Shown one piece after another: positions 9,694 through 19,840 of a stretch of 64,000 nucleotides of DNA. Numbering within the stretch: position 1 is the stretch's first letter; the number at the start of each line of letters is the position of its first letter. The stretch is taken from positions 32,001 to 96,000 of the forward strand of contig CAWABA010000009.1 in NCBI GenBank assembly GCA_963780185.1. Reading direction: 5' to 3'. The notes under the pieces were generated by a model. That model was not told the DNA's origin, did no database searches, and saw only the letters and a list, made by a program, of their open reading frames with translations. Both the position numbers and the translations under genes were made by a program. The stretch comes from Candidatus Bathyarchaeota archaeon (GTDB lineage Archaea > Thermoproteota > Bathyarchaeia > Bathyarchaeales > Bathycorpusculaceae).

Positions 9694-10349
9694 TTAGTTT
9701 TTCGATGCCTAATTACCCGAGCGATGAAGAGCATAGAGATTAACAAGGGTAGAACTGCCAACGTTGGAAGCTCTGGAACGGCGGCTGTTGGAGTTGGGGC
9801 GCTGGATGGCGAAGCCGTGGGCGCGGGGGAAGCTGTGGGCGAAGGCGTGATCTGGGGTGCCCCGATTGTGAAGTTGACGGTTTGGTAAGCGTAGACTTCG
9901 AATCTTTGCAGGCTCGGGTTCTCTGGGATTCCCAGGTATTGCCAGCCGTAGTAGACCGTGACGTTGTGGGCTCCGTCGGATAGCTGGGGCAAATCGAAGC
10001 TTGTGGAAGCGGTCACGGTGTAATAGTACCATTCACCGCCGTCGGCATTTGGGTAACTTGTCGATGTGGGTAGGTTCCTTACGCTGTTGACGACTCCTCC
10101 GTCTACGCTGTAGCCGACGTTTCCGAATTGCCCAAGCATAGTGGAGACGTTTACTGCGAAGCTGAGAGTAATTGGGTTGCCTGCATAGTTTTGGTTTTGG
10201 GGTGAACTGACTGTGATGTAGTTTCCTTGGTCACAAATTATGACGGGACCCAATGTGGGGACATCAGGCGGCGTGGGAACTTGAGCTTTCGCCAAGAACG
10301 GCATCAGCAAAACCGCTATCAGGACAGCCGCTGTCATTGTTGCCTTCAT
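9675..10349 (-). CDS. Secreted Ig-like surface protein with PEF-CTERM-like anchor
   Basis: Signal peptide; YSVDG...LSDGAHNVTVY Ig-like segment; PT linker; VPELP + TM + RHRK. Confidence 0.85.
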   Translation of the reverse strand: MKATMTAAVLIAVLLMPFLAKAQVPTPPDVPTLGPVIICDQGNYITVSSPQNQNYAGNPITLSFAVNVSTMLGQFGNVGYSVDGGVVNSVRNLPTSTSYPNADGGEWYYYTVTASTSFDLPQLSDGAHNVTVYYGWQYLGIPENPSLQRFEVYAYQTVNFTIGAPQITPSPTASPAPTASPSSAPTPTAAVPELPTLAVLPLLISMLFIARVIRHRKTNSRNLD

Positions 10350-10396
10350 TTTCCATCTAGTGATGAACTTCTTGATCTTTTGTTAAAAGGCTTCTT

Positions 10397-10437
10397 GTCA
10401 ACATTTCTATACAAACGGCAAGTCAACATTTATTGAC
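10397..10437 (-). promoter_or_regulatory. Paired degenerate GTCAA-N6-TTGAC boxes upstream of TATA (site 2)
   Basis: GTCAACATTTCTATAC (10397-10412) and GTCAACATTTATTGAC (10422-10437); 8 bp to TTTTAAC on minus strand. Confidence 0.65.
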
Positions 10438-10641
10438 TAAGCTCCCTAACAGATGAAAGTCGGGCACAAAGATGGCCAAAGCGACAAAACTCTAAAACTG
10501 TGGTTTTTGGGTTTGTTTTAGCAACGACTTGAACATGGACGAATCTGTCATGAATTCACTGAACATTTATGTATTTGAGTTTGGCATTCAACCCTAAAAT
10601 AAGCACCGTGGTGCTATGGAAACAGTCAAAGTGAGTTGTGC

Positions 10642-11199
10642 ATGACTGAAATTGTCGCTACTTCATCAGGCAAAGAGCCAATAAAAGCTTCAGAACTTAA
10701 CCCAAAATTCAAGTATGAACTGCTCAAGATGCACGGCAGCGAAAAAATTCTCAAATGCTTCCAATGCGGCACATGCACCTCCGACTGCCCCGTCGCAAGA
10801 TACAGCGACAGTTACCAACCAAGAACCCTAATCCACATGGCTCAACTCGGCCTAAAAGACCGCGTTCTAAAAAGTGACACCTTATGGTTATGCGCGGCTT
10901 GCTTCACATGCACAGACCGATGCCCCCAAGACGTCGAAGTCGCAAGCGTAATCCGCGTATTCCGCAATTTAGCCGTAGAAAACGGGTGCGTACCGCAAGT
11001 TTTCAAAGACCAAACCGCAAGTCTGCTTGAATCAGGCTACGCCTACAAAATTCCCGAATTAAGAATCAAAAAACGCGAAACCCAAGGGCTTCCACCCTTA
11101 CCGAAAGGCGACTCAGAAAAAGTTAAGAAAGTGCTCAAAGGCGTGAAGTTTATTGATGCTACCCAGAAAGCGGCTGGAGGACAACCTGTTGGGAAGTAA
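10642..11199 (+). CDS. hdrC: Heterodisulfide reductase subunit C
   Basis: CFQCGTCTSDCP and WLCAACFTCTDRCP. Confidence 0.92.
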   Translation: MTEIVATSSGKEPIKASELNPKFKYELLKMHGSEKILKCFQCGTCTSDCPVARYSDSYQPRTLIHMAQLGLKDRVLKSDTLWLCAACFTCTDRCPQDVEVASVIRVFRNLAVENGCVPQVFKDQTASLLESGYAYKIPELRIKKRETQGLPPLPKGDSEKVKKVLKGVKFIDATQKAAGGQPVGK

Positions 11200-12081
11200 G
11201 TACCTTATTTTCCTCGGCTGCGCCATCCATACCGAGTTTCAGCTTATGAGATTTCGGCGCGGAAAGTTTTAGCTAAGCTGGGTGTTGAACTGGTTGAGAT
11301 GAGTGAATTCAACTGCTGCGGCTTACCTTTTGACCCAGTAAGCCATGAAACTATGCTTGTCTTAGCAGCCAAAAACTTGGCGTTGGCAGAACAGCAAGGT
11401 CTAAACATTCTTACGCTTTGCCCCGGCTGCGCTGGTTCACTCAAGAAAACTAACAAAATCCTCAAAGAAGACAAAGCTTTGAAGGAAAAGATTAACGGTC
11501 ACCTCAAAGAAGTGGGGTTGGAGTTTAAGGGAACCATTGAGGTAAAGCATCTTTTGCAGGCTCTGAAGGAAGATGTGGGCGTTGAAAAAATCAAAGCTTC
11601 AGTCACGAAGCCGCTTAATATGCTTAAAGTTGCCGAACACAACGGATGCCACATTTTAAGGCCTAAAGAATTCATAGGATTCGATGACCCAGAGGACCCG
11701 CAAACACTAAAAACACTTATCGAAGCAACGGGAGCCACATGCCTCGATTACATCGACGAAACCGAGTGCTGCGGCGCGCCCAGCGTCGGAGTCAGCGACA
11801 AAATCGCGTTGCAACTCGCCAGGGACAAGTTGAACCACGTTAAAATGGTTGATGCCCAAGCTTTAATCACAATTTGCCCGTTTTGCCATATAATGTACGA
11901 TACAAACGAGCTGCGAATAGAGAAAACATTTAATGAAACCTATGGAATTCCCATACTCCACTACCCACAACTACTCGGGTTAGCGATGGGCTTAACTCCC
12001 GAAGAATTAGCCTTTGGCGAGCTCCGAGTAAACGCATCAAAAATAATAAAGCAAGTAACTGAGGAAGTAAACAAACAATGA
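11189..12081 (+). CDS. hdrB: Heterodisulfide reductase subunit B (frameshift ~11227)
   Basis: N-terminal YLIFLGCAI(P) in another frame; two CCG domains (NCCG...CPGC; GCH...ECCG...CPFC). Confidence 0.9.
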
Positions 12082-13067
12082 GCAAAAACAAGTTAAAAAT
12101 AGCCTTTTACTGGGCTGCAAGTTGCGGCGGCTGCGAAATCGCAGTCTTAGACATCAACGAGAAAATCCTCGACGTAGTGCAGATAGCAGATATTGTTTTC
12201 TGGCCAGTAGCGTTGGACATCAAATACAAAGATGTTGAAGCCATGGCTGACAAATACATTGACATAACCTTCTTCAACGGATCCATACGGAACTCAGAAC
12301 AAGAACACATGGCTAAGGTTCTGCGGCAAAAATCTAAAATCCTCGTTGCGTTCGGCTCATGCGCTCATCAAGGCAGCATACCTGGATTGGCAAACTTGAA
12401 CAACAAGAAAGAAATTTTCGAGCAAGTTTACGTAACAGACAAATCGAACGTCAACCCGCAACGTACAATGCCCCAAACTCAAACCAACGTTAAGGAAGGC
12501 ACCCTTAAAATCCCAGAGTTCTACGACACAGTAAAAACTTTGGCGCAAACCGTCGACGTCGACTACTTCCTGCCAGGTTGCCCACCACCAGTCAAACTAA
12601 TCGCCGCAGCAGTTGACGCAATAGCAAGCGGCAAACTACCGCCCAAAGGCTCAGTACTCGCCCCCCTCAAAGCAGTATGCGATGAATGCCCAAGAAAACG
12701 CGAAAACAAGAAAATCGGCAAAATCTACCGCGTCTACGAGAAAACTCCCGAACCCGAAAAATGCCTGCTTGAACAAGGTATCCTCTGCATGGGACTTGCG
12801 ACCAGAAGTGGCTGCGGTGCTCAATGCTTGAACGTTGACATGCCTTGCACAGGCTGCGGTGGACCAACCCCGAACGTGCCCGACCAAGGTGCAGCGATGA
12901 TTTCTGCTTTAGCTTCGATTCTAGGGTACGAAGGCGAACCAGGTAAAAGCACTTATACCGAGAAAGAGATTGAAGAATTGCTCAGCCAAGTGCAAGATAA
13001 GGTGGGCACATTTTACATGTACAGTTTACCTGCCTCAATCTTGAAAAGAAAGGTGATTAAGAAATGA
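12078..13067 (+). CDS. mvhG: F420-non-reducing [NiFe] hydrogenase small subunit
   Basis: SCGGCE, AFGSCA, PGCPP, VCDEC, CLLEQG..CMG..TRSGCGAQC...PCTGC. Confidence 0.9.
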   Translation: MSKNKLKIAFYWAASCGGCEIAVLDINEKILDVVQIADIVFWPVALDIKYKDVEAMADKYIDITFFNGSIRNSEQEHMAKVLRQKSKILVAFGSCAHQGSIPGLANLNNKKEIFEQVYVTDKSNVNPQRTMPQTQTNVKEGTLKIPEFYDTVKTLAQTVDVDYFLPGCPPPVKLIAAAVDAIASGKLPPKGSVLAPLKAVCDECPRKRENKKIGKIYRVYEKTPEPEKCLLEQGILCMGLATRSGCGAQCLNVDMPCTGCGGPTPNVPDQGAAMISALASILGYEGEPGKSTYTEKEIEELLSQVQDKVGTFYMYSLPASILKRKVIKK

Positions 13068-14518
13068 AAGAATTAATTATAGACCCAATAACCCGTCTTG
13101 AAGGACATGGAAACGTATCCATATTCCTAAACGACAAAGGCGAAGTCGAAAACGCATACCTCAAAGTTCCAGAGCTGAGAGGTTTCGAGAAATTCTGCAT
13201 CGGAAGAAAAGCTGAACTTATGCCGCAGTTAACCACGAGGATTTGCGGTGTCTGCCCGGTTGCGCACCACTTCGCAGCGACCAAAGCCTTAGACGCAGCA
13301 TTTCACGTTGAACCAACCTCGGCAGCGAAGAAACTTCGAGAACTGATGTACAGCGCCTACTTCATCTACGACCACACCCTGCACTTCTACTACCTCGGCG
13401 GACCAGACTTCATAGTTGGACCCGACGCACCGCCAGAAAAACGCAACATCCTTGGCGTCATCGAAAAAGTCGGAATGCCCATCGCCAAAGAAGTTATAAA
13501 ACATCGGGCATACGGTCAAAAAATAACTGAAATCATCGGCGGAAAAGCAACTCATCCAGTCTGCGGCTTACCAGGCGGAATCAGCAAGCCTCTGAGCGAA
13601 GAAAACAGGCAGCAAATCGAAACCATGGCGGCTTCATGCGTTGACTTTGCACAGTTCACCCTTAAAATCTTCCATGACATCGTGCTCGGCAACACAAAAT
13701 ACGTTGAATTAATCAAAAGCCAAGCCTACACCACGCCAACCTACTACATGGGCACCGTTGACAAAAACAACAAAGTCAACTTTTACGACGGCAAAATCCG
13801 CGTAGTCGACCCATCAGGAAAAGAATTCCTCAAGTTCGAATCACAAGACTACCTCAAGCATATCGGCGAGCACGTTGAAGAATGGACATACAGCAAATTC
13901 CCGTATCTTAAAGCAGTCGGCTGGAAAGGCCTAGTCGGAGGCAAAGACAGCGGCATCTACCGCGTGGGCCCGCTGGGACGATTAAACGCTTCAGACGGCA
14001 TGGCAACACCGCTGGCACAGAAAGAATATGACGTCATGTACAAGACCTTGGGCGGCAAACCAGTCCACAGCACCTTGGCTTTCCACTGGGCACGCTTAAT
14101 CGAGCTGCTTTACGCAACTGAACGAACGATGGAGCTTGTGAAAGATCCTGAAATCACCAGCACAAACGTCCGCAACAAGCCAGGAGCGCCAGGCGAAGGC
14201 GTAGGCGTCGTTGAGGCAGCAAGAGGCACACTGATTCACCATTACGCATTAGACAAAGACGCACTCGTAAAAGACGTAAACCTCATCGTCGCAACAACCA
14301 ACAACTACCCAGCAATCTGCATGAGCATACGTGACGCAGCCAAAGGCTTAATCCATGAAGGCAAAGTTGACCAAGGCATCTTGAACATGGTTGAAATGGC
14401 TTTCAGAGCCTACGACCCATGCTTCGGCTGCGCAACACATGCAGCCTTCGGACAAATGCCGCTCACCGTAGAAGTCTACAACGCAGACAAACAGATAGTA
14501 GATTCAATCAGCCGCTAA
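13064..14518 (+). CDS. mvhA: [NiFe] hydrogenase large subunit (group 3c-like)
   Basis: TRLEGHG, RICGVCP (L1), DPCFGCATH (L2) with cleavable C-terminal tail. Confidence 0.92.
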   Translation: MKELIIDPITRLEGHGNVSIFLNDKGEVENAYLKVPELRGFEKFCIGRKAELMPQLTTRICGVCPVAHHFAATKALDAAFHVEPTSAAKKLRELMYSAYFIYDHTLHFYYLGGPDFIVGPDAPPEKRNILGVIEKVGMPIAKEVIKHRAYGQKITEIIGGKATHPVCGLPGGISKPLSEENRQQIETMAASCVDFAQFTLKIFHDIVLGNTKYVELIKSQAYTTPTYYMGTVDKNNKVNFYDGKIRVVDPSGKEFLKFESQDYLKHIGEHVEEWTYSKFPYLKAVGWKGLVGGKDSGIYRVGPLGRLNASDGMATPLAQKEYDVMYKTLGGKPVHSTLAFHWARLIELLYATERTMELVKDPEITSTNVRNKPGAPGEGVGVVEAARGTLIHHYALDKDALVKDVNLIVATTNNYPAICMSIRDAAKGLIHEGKVDQGILNMVEMAFRAYDPCFGCATHAAFGQMPLTVEVYNADKQIVDSISR

Positions 14519-14628
14519 ATCAGCCCTTTTTTGGGCAAACATTTTTCATCTTTTTCTTCAGCGCCGAGCCCCAGTGAACAAATCTTATAAGTGGTTGCTT
14601 CTGAATAGTGTTTTGTTTGTTGATACGT

Positions 14629-15097
14629 ATGAAAAATCTTGTTGTATTTTACTCTCGAACTGGCAACGCAAAATGGGCAGCGGAAACCGTAGCGGTCCAT
14701 ATCGGCGCAGATATTGAAGAAGTTGTTGACTTTAAAAAGCGAAGCGGCGTCGCAGGCTGGATTGGAGGCGGCGAGTGCTAGAAGCGGCAAAGAAACAGAA
14801 ATCTCCCCAACTCAAAAATCCCCCGTTGACTACGACCTTATCGTCCTCGGAAGCCCCATCTGGGCTGGAAAACCAACCCCCGCCATCACAACCTACGTCA
14901 AAAAGAACAGTTTAGCTGGAAAAAAAGTCGCGTTTTTCTTCGTGCAGAATGGCAAAAACCTGTCTCAGGGCGTGGAGCAGAAAAGCTTGCTTTCGAACTG
15001 CGAAATCAAAGGTCAACTTTCGCTGGTTAACGCGTCAAAGAATAAAGAGGGCGCGGAAAAACAGATTGCGGAGTGGTGCAAAACCCTCACGGCGTAA
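14629..15097 (+). CDS. Flavodoxin-like protein (frameshift ~14775)
   Basis: MKNLVVFYSRTGNAK from ATG 14629, continues as DYDLIVLGSPIWAGK in another frame. Confidence 0.8.
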
Positions 15098-15193
15098 CCC
15101 GTTTGCGTTAGCGCGAAACGTCGCTGGCTTCCCGAACCTTTAAGGGTAAACACTTATGTGCGTTGCCCACGCTTATCCGCAGGTTGATTTAAC

Positions 15194-15553
15194 ATGCAGC
15201 CGCAGCCCCCGAACCCAGAACACAAACGTATGAAGCGGGAAAAGAAAACCATAGGCTACATGGTTGACATCTACTGCAAAGGTCACCATGGAACCCACGG
15301 CGAACTCTGCCCCGAATGCAGACAGTTTAAAGAGTATGCTTTTCTGCGGCTTGACAAATGCCCGTTTCAGGACAAAAAAAGCACCTGCGGCAAATGCACA
15401 ATCCACTGTTACCGACCAGACATGAAAGAAAAAGTCAAGCAGGTCATGCGTTACTCGGGACCAAGAATGCTTCTGCACCGCCCTGACTTAGCGTTGCATC
15501 ACGCGTGGGACAGCCACCGAAAACCGCCAAAACTGATAAAGAAAACAAATTAG
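15194..15553 (+). CDS. YgbA / nitrous oxide-stimulated promoter family protein
   Basis: REKKTI..MV.IYC..HH...LCPEC...RLDKCP...KSTCGKCTIHCY...VMRYSGPRM. Confidence 0.85.
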   Translation: MQPQPPNPEHKRMKREKKTIGYMVDIYCKGHHGTHGELCPECRQFKEYAFLRLDKCPFQDKKSTCGKCTIHCYRPDMKEKVKQVMRYSGPRMLLHRPDLALHHAWDSHRKPPKLIKKTN

Positions 15554-15584
15554 CCCTTGATCTCGTTTCAGCCTATTTTGGAAA

Positions 15585-15790
15585 TCAGAAGCTTGGCTGT
15601 TTCTTTTTTCGATTTTGCAAGCTCCTTAAGAGCTTCTTTGTTGTATAGGGATATTCTTTTATGCCTCTTTTTTTAAGCTCAACAAGAAACTCCTGAATAG
15701 GAATTTCCGCTATTTCAGCCGCTTTTCCAACGCTTATTGAGCCCTTGCGGAAGGCCTCTTTCGCTGGCGCCAATTCTAACGTCTCTATCA
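15585..15790 (-). pseudogene. UPF0175-family antitoxin-like fragment
   Basis: FRKGSISVGKAAEIAEIPIQEFLVELKKRGI; no proper N-terminus. Confidence 0.55.
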
Positions 15791-16003
15791 GACATGAACT
15801 CTGGAACCTTGACTTGAACCACCTTTGTCAATGAAAAATCACTCTTTTACCCATTTTCATTAACTAAAAGGGGTCTCTGGCGCTTTTAGTTTTTTTGGTC
15901 AAAACGATAAGCTGCACTTAAAGAGATGGCTTAGACCTTTATGGAAAATCGAAATGGGGCAAGCTTTTTCTAGCTGGATCATTCTCTTTTCAATGATGTC
16001 TTG

Positions 16004-16488
16004 ATGGTTTACGAAATCGAACAGGACCTAAAAAGCTGGTTGGCTGACGCAAAGAAGGTTGTTCTAGCGGGAATAGGCAATCCCATCCGTGCGGACGATT
16101 CTGTTGGGTTAAAAATCGTTGAAAACCTCAAAGGCAAGCTGCCAACAAGCGTTCTTCTTGTTGAGGCTGAAACCGTCCCCGAAAGTTACCTTTCCGACAT
16201 AGAAGCGTTCCACCCAACGCATGTGCTGCTGATTGACGCAGCCTTCTTAGGGTTAAAGCCCGGCTCCGCCAGCCTTGTAGATGCGGAAAAAATTGCAGAA
16301 ACCTCACTGTCACAACTCATCTGTTGCCTCTGCGGGTTTTCTGCGACTACATCAAGCAGGCGTCAGGCGCGAAACTTGCTCTTCTGCTGATTGAGCCGAA
16401 AAGCATGGAGTTCGGCGAAGGCTTAACCGCTCAGGTTCAAGCGGCGGCGGAAAGATTAACAAGGGTTTTGCTAAAGTTGCTTTGTTAG
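16004..16488 (+). CDS. hycI: Hydrogenase maturation protease, HycI-like (frameshift ~16305)
   Basis: GIGNPIRADDSVG, ETVPE, LIDAA; second frame STHLLPL...IEPKSMEFGEGL. Confidence 0.85.
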
Positions 16489-16954
16489 GTTTCTTTTCTT
16501 TTGAAAACGTAGTCGATGCTGAACCTCAGTTGCCCAAGCGAAAAATTGGTTTCCTTTAGTTCAATCTGGTCTTTTGTTACCCATCTTGCGATAATGTGCT
16601 CTTCCAGTTCTTGGTCTTCGAAGGTGCCTCTCCATTTAAGCTCGAGGGTTTTGTCGTCTTTCCAGTTGCCAACATGGTCATGTGCTTCGCCTTCCGAGGT
16701 GATGCCGAAAAGATGCACTTTCCCCGTTAACTGGTCAAAACTCCACAAGTCATTCTCATAGTAGTCCTCGTAGCCTTCTATGTGAGTGTCTATTTCAGAG
16801 TCTACACCTATTGAAGAAACTTTAACAGCGGTCATTTCGCCGCATCCGCTGACAACTTTGCCGTCCGATGTTCGCAGCGCGACGCCGACGTTCCATTCGC
16901 CGATCAGCTGCTTGATTAACTCTAACTTTTCGGCGCCTGTACTATTTCCGTCAT
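16485..16954 (-). CDS. Hypothetical beta-barrel-like protein
   Basis: LIGEW motif and strand-rich acidic sequence; start uncertain. Confidence 0.55.
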
Positions 16955-17075
16955 AAAACCAACATGCAAAAACAGTCTGCGACACGAATAAAGACATGTG
17001 GTTGCATCCCTGCAACAACTTCTGGCAAGCTACGTTAATTAGCGAGTTTCCATTTAGCTATAGCTGGGTATCGTT

Positions 17076-17555
17076 ATGGCTGGAAAAGCAGTTATTGTTA
17101 TGGGTTCAGAGCGGGATCTGGATTTTTCCCGTGGAATAGCCAAGTACCTCAAAATGCTGGGAGTCAGCTACGAGTTTCGGGTTGCCTCAGCACACAAGAC
17201 ACCTGAGAAAGTGCTGGAGTTAATCAGGGAATTTGAAGCTGAAAAAGTAGTTTACATAACCGTCGCGGGACGCTCAAACGCTCTCAGCGGCTTCATCGAC
17301 GGCAACTCATCCAAACCCGTCATCGCATGCCCCCCGTACTCCGAAATTTTCAGCGGCGCAGACATCTTCTCTTCTCTTCGGGTTCCAAGCGGCATAGGCA
17401 CCGTCGTCACAATCGAAGCTGAAGGCGCAGCAATCGCAGCAGCCAAGATTCTTGCTCTTGAAGATGCGGTTGTCGCTGAAAACGTGAAGAATTATCAGAC
17501 TTCAAAGAAGAAAGAGCTTGAGAAAGCCAACGAATCAGTGAAGAAACTAAAGTAA
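17076..17555 (+). CDS. purE: PurE-family AIR carboxylase/mutase
   Basis: IVMGSERD, VASAHKTP, AGRSNAL, PVIACP, SSLRVPSG. Confidence 0.93.
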   Translation: MAGKAVIVMGSERDLDFSRGIAKYLKMLGVSYEFRVASAHKTPEKVLELIREFEAEKVVYITVAGRSNALSGFIDGNSSKPVIACPPYSEIFSGADIFSSLRVPSGIGTVVTIEAEGAAIAAAKILALEDAVVAENVKNYQTSKKKELEKANESVKKLK

Positions 17556-17687
17556 ACCCGCTCTTTTGCGGTCTCGTCTTCTGGATTGAATCCGTTTATG
17601 GTTTTTCGTTTTGTTAGTTAACGGTAAGGTTAAATGCATAAGCATTAAACGATTACTGTGATAGAATTAATTTAACGGGGATAATGG

Positions 17688-18740
17688 ATGGGAAGCGTAA
17701 AAGACCTCGAAGTAATCAAGGAACCGACCCCTGATGCAATGGGCGTTGGCAGATTCCATTTTTCAGACCGTTACAGCGTCTTTGACTGGGGCGAAATGCC
17801 CGACCACATAGGCGCCAAAGGAGCCGCCCTCTGCCTCATGGGCGCATACTGCTTTGAACAGCTAGAGCGGGAAGGCGTCAAATCCCACTATCGCGGCTTA
17901 GTCGGCACAAACGGCAAAGCCGTCAAAATCAAAGAAGTAAAGCAGCCGACAAGCGTCATGGAAGTCAGCTTAGTCAACGTTTACGAACCCAAAACCAGCG
18001 TTGTCAACGGCAAACTCATCCACGACTACAGCATGTACACGCCCGAGCTGAAGAACTGCCTGATTCCGCTGGAAATCATCTACCGAAACGGCCTGCCAGA
18101 AGGATCATCGGTTTTCAAGAGGCTTGAACAGGGAAAAATTAAACCTGCAGATTTAGGTTTGGACCACTACCCCACGCCAGGCGAGCAACTTTCCAAACCC
18201 ATTTTCGACGTTAGCACAAAACTCGAGGAAACAGACCGCTACGTGACATGGAGTGAAGCACAGAAAATGGCTGGGTTAACCGATGCGGAACTTGAAAAAA
18301 TCAAGGCGGTTCTCCTCAAGGCGGATGAAGCAATAAATGAAATGGCTTCGAAAGCTGGGTTGCGAAATGAAGATGGAAAAATCGAGTTAGCCTTCGACGA
18401 CCGCAGGGAACTTATGATTGTCGATGTTGTGGGGACACTTGACGAGTGCCGCTTTACTTACGAAGACGTGCATGTGAGCAAGGAGATTGCGCGGCAATTC
18501 TACAAGAAGACCAGTTGGTACGCGGATTTGGAGCAAGCCAAGAAGGAAGGGGAAGCAAAAGGGATTGTGGATTGGCAGTCTCTGTGCAAGTCCCAGCCGC
18601 CGAAGCTTCCGCTTAAACTTAAGACGATTATCAGCGAAATGTACCTGGCTGCCGCCAACGAGATGACAGGTCACAAACTGTTTAACGCGCCGCTGCTTTC
18701 GCAGGTGATAGCCGAATACAAAGAATCCGTGAAGGAGTAA
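17688..18740 (+). CDS. purC: SAICAR synthetase
   Basis: MGSVKDL, FSDRYSVFDWG, IPLEIIYRN, STKLE, DGKIE, VDVVGTLDECRF. Confidence 0.92.
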   Translation: MGSVKDLEVIKEPTPDAMGVGRFHFSDRYSVFDWGEMPDHIGAKGAALCLMGAYCFEQLEREGVKSHYRGLVGTNGKAVKIKEVKQPTSVMEVSLVNVYEPKTSVVNGKLIHDYSMYTPELKNCLIPLEIIYRNGLPEGSSVFKRLEQGKIKPADLGLDHYPTPGEQLSKPIFDVSTKLEETDRYVTWSEAQKMAGLTDAELEKIKAVLLKADEAINEMASKAGLRNEDGKIELAFDDRRELMIVDVVGTLDECRFTYEDVHVSKEIARQFYKKTSWYADLEQAKKEGEAKGIVDWQSLCKSQPPKLPLKLKTIISEMYLAAANEMTGHKLFNAPLLSQVIAEYKESVKE

Positions 18741-18742
18741 AA

Positions 18743-19840
18743 ATGATAACCGACAACATCAGGCAAATAATAAAAAAATACGATCCTAAACAGATACGTA
18801 TAGGTGTCTTAGGTTCGCACTCGGCGCTTGAGATTGCTTCAGGCGCAAAACAGGAAGGCTTAGAAACCGTTGTCGTTTGCCAGAAGGGCAGAGACAAAAC
18901 CTACACGAAATACTACCGAAACATCTTCGACCACGTACTCATGCTGGACAAATTCTCAGACATAACAAACGAAGCCTCAGTGAAAAAACTCACCGACCTA
19001 AACACGGTTTTCGTTCCTAACCGCTCCTTCTCAGTCTACGCAGGCTATGACGCAGTCGAAAACCAGTTTGCCGTGCCCCTGATGGGTAACCGCTCGATGC
19101 TGCGCACCGAAGAGCGCAACACACCCCGAAACCAACTGTTCCTGCTGCAGAAGGCTGGGATTGCGACGCCGAAAACCTTCAAGTCGCCTAGCGAAATCGA
19201 CCGTTTAGCCATCGTGAAGGTGCCTGAGAAACAGCGGGCAATCGAAAGAGCCTTTTTCTACGCTTCATCGCCCGAAGAGTACGAGAAAACGGCGCAGACC
19301 CGCATAAAACAGGGCATAATCACCGCTGAAGCCTTGAAAAACTCGATAATCGAGGAATACGTTATCGGCGCCAAATTCAACGCCAACCTGTTCTGGTCTT
19401 CCCTAACCGACGAAATCGACCTCTTGGGCTTTGACAGACGTATCCAAACGGACCTTGACGGCGTGCTGGATTTGCCAGCGCAGGAGCAGATGGAACTAAA
19501 CATTCCTACGCAAAACATTGAAATCGGGCACATGGGCGCCACCATGCGGGAAAGCCAAATAGAAAAAATCTTTGAAGCCGCAGAAAAATTCGTGGAAACT
19601 TGCAAAAAAGAGTATCCGCCGGGGATGCTGGGGTTGTTCGCGTTGCAAGGTGCTGTCACGAAGGATTTGGAGTTTTATGTTTTCGACGTTAGCCCACGCG
19701 TTCCAGGTTGCCCATGCGTCGAGCCCACCTCCCCCTACATGAAGTACAAGTACGGGATGGAAGTTGGTCCGGGCAGACGTGTCGCTATGGAAGTTAAGCG
19801 TGCAGTGAAGGAAGGCAGGCTAGCGGAAGTGGTAACGTGA
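18743..19840 (+). CDS. PurP-like ATP-grasp protein (paralog 1)
   Basis: GSHSALEI..GAKQEG, FVPNRSF, GLFALQ, FDVSPRVPG. Confidence 0.88.
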   Translation: MITDNIRQIIKKYDPKQIRIGVLGSHSALEIASGAKQEGLETVVVCQKGRDKTYTKYYRNIFDHVLMLDKFSDITNEASVKKLTDLNTVFVPNRSFSVYAGYDAVENQFAVPLMGNRSMLRTEERNTPRNQLFLLQKAGIATPKTFKSPSEIDRLAIVKVPEKQRAIERAFFYASSPEEYEKTAQTRIKQGIITAEALKNSIIEEYVIGAKFNANLFWSSLTDEIDLLGFDRRIQTDLDGVLDLPAQEQMELNIPTQNIEIGHMGATMRESQIEKIFEAAEKFVETCKKEYPPGMLGLFALQGAVTKDLEFYVFDVSPRVPGCPCVEPTSPYMKYKYGMEVGPGRRVAMEVKRAVKEGRLAEVVT

